Shown: positions 40,006-50,600 of the stretch, one piece after another | Layout of the letters: every line of letters begins with the position of its first letter | How positions within the stretch are numbered: position 1 is the stretch's first letter | Origin: a virus | Taxonomy: Duplodnaviria; Caudoviricetes | Direction: 5' to 3' (one strand) | Length of the DNA stretch: 63,429 nucleotides | IMG/VR virus record: IMGVR_UViG_3300046804_004277 | Coordinates: 1 to 63,429 of that record | Notes under the pieces: model-generated | The model's input: only the letters and a program-made list of their open reading frames with translations | Told to the model about the DNA's origin: nothing | Databases searched by the model: none | Translations under genes and position numbers: made by a program

Positions 40006-41577
40006 TTAAAATTCCAGGATAATTTTAACGTCTTCTTTTTGTCTAGAGTTTCTTGTTACAGTGGGTCTATTGTCAATATAGATTATCTCTCCTGACTTTT
40101 TATTTATCTCAGGATTTGAAAGACCATTTGTGAACTGAACTCCTAGATTGATAATTTTATTTGAAATTGTTGTCGTAATTCCAGTAAAATTGTCAATATT
40201 GGCAGTAAATCCACCATTAACTTTTGTCACTTGATTGGTTGAATTAAATTGAAGAACTTTTCCTATAGTAGAAATTCCAATATAATCAACATTGCCATAA
40301 GTAGTTGGATTGAGATATAATGATCTATCTTGATAATACTTTAAAACTTTTGTTTCACTATCATATGATGCCACATATCCTAAAGCAGTTCCACCATCAA
40401 CAGACTGTTGAATTTTATCACCAACAGAAATTGATCCTGATGGAGTTCCACTCAATTTCATTGCATAAACTCCAGAAAATTCACCTTGAGAATATATCGT
40501 TGTGCTAATTCCTGTAGAATCATATATTGTTGGATTTTTAATAATTCCAACCTGTGCAAATTTCGAATCTATAGGAAAATCTTTTGTCGAATCATCAAAT
40601 CTGGCATAAATTAAAACTTTATCAGTTCCCAATTCCTTATATATGTCAAAACCATGACCTTTGGATGGGGGGATAATTGGAATCAATTCTGCAGAATTTG
40701 ATTGCCCTGGGTCATTAGCAGATGTTGTTCCTAAGTCAACAATGCCATATGTGTAATTTTTTCCACCAGATGTTACTGTTGTGTCAGTAATTCTTCCGGA
40801 ACTATCAACATCAACTACAACAGTTGCTCCAGTCCCATCTCCAAGAATCTTGCATGACTGTCCAGTTGCTAATGTATATCCAGATCCACGATTTTTAATA
40901 TAAACTTTTTTTATCTGATTATCATTTAACGTACAATCTCCGTTTTGTCTTACGGCAGTAATCTGTGCGTCTGTGGAAGATTCCCAATCATTTGGTACTG
41001 GAATATATTCAATAGAGTCAAATTTAATAACATCGCTTGGGGAAACTGAATATAGATATTTCCATAAGTAACCATCACCACTTTCACCAGCTTTTGATGG
41101 TTCTAAATCAGTAAAAGTTGGTTCGTCTTGAGATGCATTTCCTGTTGTATTGATTCCCGAAGAACCATTATCAATACATATGTAAACTCTATAATCAGAA
41201 TTCATTACATAATAATTTGCATCATACAATCTCATTGATCCAGTTATTGGTGATGGATTTGTGGAACTATAGTCCGATCTATACATCTCATATTTTGTTC
41301 CACTTGTCCAATCAACTCTTCTAATTACTCTCCTAATATTTGCACTTGTAATTTTTTTCCCAAAAAGAAGAGTTGATTCGTAATGATTCAAATAATCTAC
41401 ATTATCAGTTGGATTTGGTGGAGTTGTATCCCAGGTTGAAGAACGACCAAATCCCACACTGGATGATGGATTTGACAACCCGACAAAAACATAATATGAG
41501 TTTGAAGAATCCTGAACAGAGTCTACGAAATTCTTTGCATTTAATATTCTAAATTGATCTGTTACAAATGCAGACAT
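40006..41577 (-). CDS. g8: Baseplate wedge subunit
   Basis: YRVYICIDN, DGYLWKYLY and SGEIIYIDNR...QKEDVKIILEF motifs; late promoter at 41597-41604. Confidence 0.92.
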   Translation of the reverse strand: MSAFVTDQFRILNAKNFVDSVQDSSNSYYVFVGLSNPSSSVGFGRSSTWDTTPPNPTDNVDYLNHYESTLLFGKKITSANIRRVIRRVDWTSGTKYEMYRSDYSSTNPSPITGSMRLYDANYYVMNSDYRVYICIDNGSSGINTTGNASQDEPTFTDLEPSKAGESGDGYLWKYLYSVSPSDVIKFDSIEYIPVPNDWESSTDAQITAVRQNGDCTLNDNQIKKVYIKNRGSGYTLATGQSCKILGDGTGATVVVDVDSSGRITDTTVTSGGKNYTYGIVDLGTTSANDPGQSNSAELIPIIPPSKGHGFDIYKELGTDKVLIYARFDDSTKDFPIDSKFAQVGIIKNPTIYDSTGISTTIYSQGEFSGVYAMKLSGTPSGSISVGDKIQQSVDGGTALGYVASYDSETKVLKYYQDRSLYLNPTTYGNVDYIGISTIGKVLQFNSTNQVTKVNGGFTANIDNFTGITTTISNKIINLGVQFTNGLSNPEINKKSGEIIYIDNRPTVTRNSRQKEDVKIILEF

Positions 41578-41609
41578 TTTAATATAGTTTTTTATCTATT
41601 TATATGAGG

Positions 41610-44600
41610 TTATAAATTCTTTTCTAAGGCACCAGAATTGTTAAATCCATAACCTCTTCTTTGAATTGTTGGGAAAGTTGATAATCCAATATCAGTTTTA
41701 TATGAAGAAACTGCAATTGAAATTGGTGAAGAAGATCTAGTAAATCCAGATAATCTACCCCAAGAGAATTGTCCAACAGTTGAACCTGTTGTTGCAATAC
41801 CAACAATAGATGAGGTTGATTGAATATTACAAGTAATAATTCCAGTAGATGCACTAAATGCGCTAATATTGTAGATATTATCTAAGAATGTAGTTCCAAC
41901 ACCAACTATTGCAGTATTTTTAGTGTAGATTGAAGTTACACCATTACCAACTTTGGTATTAAAAATATAAATTGGATTTCCAGCAGATAATCCAGTAAAT
42001 GGAGAAAGAGATGAATTTAATGTAAATTTAATTGCTAAAGCAGTTCCAATACCAACTGTTGTTGCAATTCCAACAATAGACCCAGAAAATCCTTCTACAG
42101 TTGATACATTAGAAATATTTTCATATATTGGATCTGGGAGTGGAACAATAACTTGTGGTTCCATTCCAATACTATATCCAAGTCCAGGATTTGTTATTGT
42201 AATTGGTGTGGTTAATGATCCATTAGAAACAGTAATAGTGGCAGACGCAACAGTTCCAATACCAATACCAACTCCCATTGGTAATGAAGTTGAAACTCCA
42301 ACAGTTAATGGAGATGCAAATTTAACATTAATTGAATTACCAATATATCCACTTCCAGGATTAGTAATCGATAATGATTGTATTGTCCCTGCGGCAGAAA
42401 CTATAGCAATAACGGCAGCAGAAACTGGGTCTGGAGCTCCACTTACAATAAATGCATTGAAATCAATAGACACTTCATTTTCATAATTGAAGAATTGTGC
42501 ATCATCCACAAATAAACTAGTATCAGTTGTAGAAAAATCTTTAATTATTTTGGCAGTTGGATATATTTGAGGTTCAATAGAATCTCTAGATTTAGAGATA
42601 AATGTACCATCTATAAATTTATCAACTTTTTGTTTTGACCAACTAATAGGTTTATAATTGGTAATATCTATTCCTTGAGAATTATAGGTGTTCGTATCAA
42701 TAGTATCTGATGTTTTAATAGTAGTTAATACTCTACTATTTTGTGTTGTTGTAATTCCTAAATTATTATTGTTACTAAAGACCTGAAGATCGTCACCAGG
42801 TTTAATAGTTTCGGTTATATTTACAATAGAACTATCTGAAGAACTTGCTCTATAGAAAAATATTGAAACTTTGTCTTCTACTTTGGGTGGAACATTGAAT
42901 GTAAATGAGGTTCCACCAGTAAATTCATATGCATATTTTGGTTCCTGTAAAATTCCATTAATAAAGATAATAAATAAAGAATCAAAATCAATTAATTGAG
43001 AGTCTGAATTTGAAGAATCTTTTTCAAAACTTAGTAATTGTGAATTATAATATAGTGGAAATCTTCTTCTTTTACCATCTTGGAGTGATGCAATAGAATC
43101 GATATAATCAAGTTCCCCAAATTGCCAAGCAGAGAATGAATCTGTAAATGTATCAAGAATAGTTAAAGTGAAATCATTTAGTGGAGATGCCAATTCTCTT
43201 GCAGTAACTAATCCAACGGGTTTTATTACATCACCTTTTTTAAATCCATATCCAGGTCTGGTAATCTTAAATGATGTTACTTCAAATAGAGTTGATCCAA
43301 CTCCAACTGTTGAACTTGCACCAACTTCCACATTCAGTAATAATCCAATTCCAGTATCAGTTGTAGTTCCAATTCCAAGTCTAGAAACTCCGATTACAGG
43401 TAGATTTTCATAACTTGGCGAAGAAATATTGATAATTGGGTTTACATATCCAGTCCCTCCACCAACAATATTAAATGATAATGTTCCGCCAGCACCAACT
43501 GTTGCTGTAATTGTTGCTGCTGTTCCTGTATGACTACTATCAGTTACTGCAACCGAAACTGGATTTCTATATCCAGAACCAAAATTACCACTAGTTCCAA
43601 TACCAACAGAAATAATAGAACCAGAAGAAACTCTAGCGGTTACAGAAGCACCTACAAGAGGTGCAAAACCAAGCCCTGGTGTTGAACCGAGAGAAACAAT
43701 CATTCCACCCCTTGGAAGTTGATTTCTATTAATCTCATAGTTAGAAACAACAACCGATCCATCGGTAGATGTAATTCCGGAAAATACTATACTACTAATT
43801 CCTAGATTTGTATTTTCTTGAATCAAATAATTATTGTTTTTATTGTTCTGCGTTGTTGGAGTTTGGAATATTCCATTAATCAATACAATACCATTCCCAC
43901 CAGTACTTGTAAGACCTACTGTATTGATTCCCTGAGATGTTAAGGTATATGTTTGACCAATCCCAGTAAATTTAGTAGATATATCATCATAGACTTGATT
44001 TGAACTATAGTCATTTTTCAAAAATACTCTTCCAGTAAAATATGACTTGGGGGAAGGTAAATTATCAAATGTATCATCAAATACTTTTCCTCTTGGTGCC
44101 TCAGTGAAGTAAATTTTATTACCAGAAATATTGAAAGAACCACTATAAATGTACACACTAGTTCCAATATTATGAGAAGTTGCTGATGATCCAACAAATC
44201 CTCTCTTAACTTCAACCAAGGGGAATGTTCCAGCAAATGATATTGGACCAGATGAAGTAGTTCCAAATCCAACATTAAGAACCTTCATGTATTCATTATC
44301 AATCTTAAGTAAATTATTTGTACTAATTGATGAAATTCCAGTTAAACTAATTAAAGTAGATGCAGTTCCAATTTGCCCACAGTTACCAAGATTATGTGTT
44401 ACTAATGAATATGTAATTGGATGTTGAATAATATTATTAATAGTAATAATTGATTTCTCATTCTTTTTAACCATTTCAAGTTTATGATAATTACCATCTC
44501 CTACAGAGGTAAACGTAACATAAATTCCTGCTTGAGCGTAATCTTTTCTTGTAGATAATTTAAATACATCATTATTAATCTTAATTGCAAATACTTTTGT

Positions 44601-47600
44601 TGGTAGTATATTTGTAACAATTCCAACAGAATTTAAAGTCGATCCTATTCCAACTGCTGCTGCTGTAAGTCCAATAAAACTAGAACTTGGCGTATAAATT
44701 AATTCTTCACCTGTACTAAAGAAATGATTTGATATTTTAAATTCTCCAGTACTGTAATTTAAAATACTAGTATTTGTTGGGTTAAATGTTTTTTGAAAAA
44801 TTGGATATTGTTGATAGTTTAAATCAAAATCTAGTCTATTTTTATTTTCACTATTGACTGAAATATATTTAAGACTATTCACTGATTCGGTAATATTAGA
44901 ATATGTCAAATCTTGTGGAATATTATCAAGATCTAAATCTGTATAAAAACTTTCATTAAAAGATAAAATTGTAAAAGTTCCTGATAGATCTGAATCAGGA
45001 TAGAATTTTAAGTTGACAAGATTTCCATTATATTCACCACCAAAAGTTCCTATGCCACTTGTACTTCCAATTGATAGGAATGGGTACTGTGAAGTGTAAA
45101 CATTCGTGCCATCATGTATCATCATTACTTGGTGTAATGAACTAGTTTGCCCAATACTTACTCTTATAGTAGATTTTAAGGAAGTGAAAAGAGATTTACT
45201 TAAGGATACGATAGTTGATGCTGCCGATACTTTATTATAATTAGAGTTATAAGTTACTGTTCTTTCATATTGATCTGGTTGCTCAGATGATTTAAATCTA
45301 TAAGTAGATATTCCAATAGAAGTTGATCCAAATCCAACATTTTTACTTCTTAAAGTAACTTGATTGTTCGTTGTATTTGTATAATTTAAAGTTACAATAT
45401 TGTTCGATATTGATGCTCCAAAGGAACCAATAAAGTTTGAACTATAATCATCATTTGAATCAAAATAATATTCACTAATATTTGTGTTTGTTCCATCATG
45501 ATCGACAAATAATTCGACATAATTCATTTCACTATTCATATTATCTAAAATATGAATATTTGAGAATATGGATTGTAAATTTCCAATTGGGGCAGAAACA
45601 ATTGTTACTGTGCTTCCTACACCAACAATTGAATTTGAATTTATGAGATTGACAAAACCAATAGAATATGTTCCAATACCAGTTTCATAATTATTAAATG
45701 TATTTGACAATACTTTAATTTTATAATCATTATCATAAACGTCTGAAGGATTGAATTTCAAATAATAATTTTCAAATTCATCCTTATATCCATAAATATC
45801 GGATATTTCAATATCAGTATTAGATATTCTACCTTTTTCTAAAGTAAAAATATCTTGATTATCATTAATAGTTACAATTTCTTTAAATTCAACTTGACTA
45901 TTAGAATCATTAGAAACTTGAATTAAAAATCTATTATATTTTTTTGAAGGAGAAATATCAAAAATATTTGAAAAAATAGTTGTAGAATCAAGTTCAGAAC
46001 TTGAAAATAGTGAGCTAATATCATCTATTTGAAGAACTCTATTGGTACTACATTTAATATAATCTGCTAATTTTTTATTTTTGAATTTTATAGATTTTGA
46101 TGAATTCGGTGTTGGCAAATCTACATCTAAAACCAAATCAAAATTATTAATAGTATCAACTCTATTTTCATTGATAATGTCATAAAGTAAAGAGGTATAT
46201 TCGATAGATGCTGTAGTACCAAATCCAACACTAGATGTAATTTCAGTATCTGCAAAGTTTTTAAGTCCGCGTGGATGTAAAATATTGTTGACAGGACTAA
46301 TAATATTTTCCCAGGTTTGGGAACTCTTTAATGAGTATGACAGATTCTGATAATAATCATTATCAGAAATAACCTGAAAATCACTATCTAAACTTCCAGT
46401 ATTATCTGACCAACCTATTTTTTGTCTAGAACTATAACTGATTTCAAATTCTCCATAATTTTCCACTATAGAATCAATAGTTGCAATACTTCCAGATTGA
46501 ATACCCCTGATTGTACTGTATTGTGATAATTGATAATTTCCTTCTACTTTAATATTTGTTTTGTTATATTGAATAATTCTTAAATCAGTCTCCACAAATT
46601 GCCCAGAAACTAATACTGATAGATATTCTCCAATAATAAATGATGAAAGTTTTTGAATTACTTCAAATTTTGGATAATCTTTGTAATTTACAATATATCC
46701 ATAAGAATTTTGTGCAGTTTTAGCAATTCCTGCATTTGTCGTGAATCCCGCAACACTGAATGTAAGTTGTCTTGGTTCAAATGTTCCAGCATTTGAATAG
46801 TTTGTTACTGTGAAGAACTCATATCCATAATTTTCTGAATTGAATCCATCGCCATCTGTTCCATATTGTTGAACTCCTTCAACATAAATTTTATCTCCAA
46901 TGGTAAATGGTTCAACATTAAAACCTAAAAGTGGAGTAACTAATATACAAGTTGCTATTCCAGATGCTGAAGTTGTTATTGATTGAATACCAACCCCATT
47001 TGTGTTATTAATACTTCTAATTTTTACTGTCTGTGATGGTAAACCTTTTGGTTCATTAACAATGTTTACAGAAACAATTCCATTTCCAACAAAATTTGGA
47101 GATAAAAGTCCAGAATCAATCTTTTCTCCGGTATTTGGATCAACAATAATTAAATTAGGAGACTGTGTGTAATTTTTTCCTCCATCCAATACGTTAATAT
47201 TTGAGATTGTATTTGATGATGATAATGTTAATGTTAATGGAATACTTGCTTTTGGACTTAAAGTTTTATCAGAAGGATATTCAAATCCTTCGTTTAAAAT
47301 TTTTGTTTGGTTAATATTACCTACAGAATCAGATTGGCATATAATATAAGCACCTTCTCCATTTACAGAATCACTTCCAGTAAATATAGGTAGTTTTTTA
47401 AATTCATTTCCACCAGAAATTATTCTGATATTTTTAATTGCACCAGAAGCAGTAGTAGAATTTGTATAATATTCTAAAGTATCACATTCTGATTGATTGT
47501 AAGATAATTTTTCTGGAATTGCATCAAGTACAATATTAAATGTAGTAGTACCTACTCCCGAAATAATGTAATCTCCATTATATTCACTATCAATGAAATT

Positions 47601-50600
47601 AATTTCAGAATGATTTTTAACCTCATTGTCTGCAGTAGTAATATATCCAGATTTCTCCAAAGAGTAATATAATTTAGTTGGTAGTCCTTCACTATAATTT
47701 AAAGTTATTGAAGCATTTGTAGAAACTCCAACTGTTCCAACTCCTGATGTTGATAATATAGTTGTTGATCCAGTGGATACAAACTCATCCGTAAAATCTT
47801 TATCAAAGTATAATTTGAAATCAAATCCTGATAAAGATGAATCAGAAAGATTAAAAACTAGATTATTATTTTTTATAACATTAAGTTTTGGATTAACTGG
47901 GGAAAGTTTTTGATTTGTTGCTCCAACACTAGTAATATCCACAACAGTTGGTGGAATAGTTATTGAATCGATATAAGTATCACATAATTTAATTCTATTA
48001 TTGTCTACTTTATAAACAAAATAAAATCCTGTAGACAACCCTGCAGCAACAGATCCGCTAGATGAATATAATACTTTGTCGCCAGTATCTAAATTATGAG
48101 AATTGACAGTAATTATATTTGATGATGTATCAATTCCAGATGACGTAAAATCTATTGGATTAATTAATAATCTTTCTCTTGAAGAATCATACTTAACATA
48201 TAGTGAGATTGAAGTTCCAATGCCAACAGACAGATTTGGATGTGAATTTAAACTTATCAGATCTCCAGAATATAGTCCATGTGCAGTAGATACAGAAACT
48301 ATTGTTTTGATTTTATCGACATTGCCTTTTACTTGTGTATGATTCGATGTTAAAAAATATTGATAATAATTCGATCCATTATTGAGGAAAAATACTCCAT
48401 TAGATGTTGTTGTTAGTCCAACTTGAGTTACTATTCCAATATAATCTTTTGATTTTTTGATAATATAAACTTTTTGCTCATTTCCACTTATTGGAAGATT
48501 ATATGTACTGCCACTTTCGATATATGATACGATAATCGATGATGCTGCACCAATATTTCCAAATGTTACTTCTTGATTTGTTTGGAATGGATGATTTGGT
48601 ATAAAAATTGACTGTGTTGGTACTGAGATTTGATAATCTTTTGTTCCAACAGTATAAGTAAGAGGAATTCCTATTCCTGGAGTAGTTCCAACACCAACAG
48701 ATTGTTTTGGGTTAAAATAAATCTTTTCATTTACTTTCGAGTCAAAATAATCTGTTTTATAATTGATGGTAAACGAATCTGGAATAAAATTAACTGCAGT
48801 TGATGCAGTGTGTGCCAATCCTGTAGATTCTCTAACTACTCGAACAACATTTAATTCATTGAAAACATTCAATACTGATAAGGTTTCGTTTTCAATTGTA
48901 ATACTACTTCCAATAGAAATATTATCTGGTATTGTTGAAACATATACATCTGTTACAACCCCTGCTAAAGAGTATGCAGGAATATCTTTGATTAATATAG
49001 AACTATGGGGTGCTACAGTAACTTGATGAGAGTCATTTAACTCACTTAATGATGTTGAGAATCCAGAAATAGTTACAGTGTCTAAATTTTCTATAGAATG
49101 TTGTGGTGGAATTGAAACCTGTATTTGATTTCCACCTTTCCAGGTAAAAATTGCATCCTGATAAGATGTTACGGTTGTTTGCAAATCAACAATATCTTTT
49201 CCATGTACTTTGGAGACCTGAGCGATTAATCCACCACCACCTGTACCTGTTTCATCAAACTTTAAATTGTCTCCAACCTTATAATCAGAACCTCCTTCAA
49301 TAATATTTAAATTAGTTACAGTTCCCGATGTTACAGATTCTGCAGAAGTTCTTTGATTAATAATCTCATTTGATTCAATAATAAAATCATTTCCACCATA
49401 TTCATTATTAATATTGTATGGGAAAGTATTTCTAATTAATTTTGAATTGTTAAAATCAAATGATTGATTTAAGTATACATTTTCTGATATAAATTTGGAT
49501 CTATAATAATTTCCGACGAAATATGGAAATTGTCCTACTGGAGTTCCAAAAATGTCTAAAGTTGATGTTGCAAAGTATGCATATACTCCGTTTGGAAATT
49601 CTGGAGTAATGCAGAATCTTCCATTATAAACATCTAAATCTCCAGAAGATGTAAATTTATAATCATCTACAAAGAATCCAAGATCAAATCCAGAGGGTCT
49701 GTTTTCAATATTGGAAATATTTGCAGTATATCCAGAAACAAGTTTTTTGATTGGTGATATTTGTTTTGGATTTGAATATCCGTAAGAACCATATATTGGG
49801 TTTCCATCATAAGCCCACCCAATAATTGGAGAGTGATTTACTCCAGTATCGTTAAATTCATTCTGTAAATTTTGAAAATACCCAGAAATAGAGTATTGTA
49901 AATTATTCTTAGAATTAATTAATAATTCATTAGATTCTTTTCTGGTTCCACTAACACTATCTTCAATTCCATAGAAGACATTAGTATTGATTTCAAGAGA
50001 TCTAACTTGAGGATCGAACAATACTCCAGTTCCGGATGGTTCTACAGTTATTGTTGTATTTGAATCATATCCAGATCCAGATGTTATAATTACAACATCT
50101 GTGATTTTATTGTCTACTATAACTGGTCTTAAAATACATCCACTGCCAGTTCCGTTGACTTTTAAATTAGGAGTTGAATAATACTCAATTCCACCATATT
50201 GAATACTTGTATCAATTATTTTACCATCACTAACAATTGGAACTATTTGAGCATTTTTTCCATTTTTAACTGATATTGTTGGTTTTTTATGTAAATTTAA
50301 AATTGTAGACCCATAATCACTACCATTATCATAAACATATGCTCCAACTATTTGACCCCTAACAACTGGATAGGCATTAATAGTTCCTGAAATTGAAGTA
50401 CTACCTATACCAGATATTGTATAATTTATAGTAGTAACAATTTCTGGATAATTAAAAATTTGATATCCAGAACCAGTATGATCAAATTTTACATATTTTT
50501 CTCTTTGATAATTTGAATTATCTGTTCCACCAATTCCAGCATCTGATAGTCTAAATGAATTATCATTAACTTTTAAAACATAATATTGATTATCTGAAGA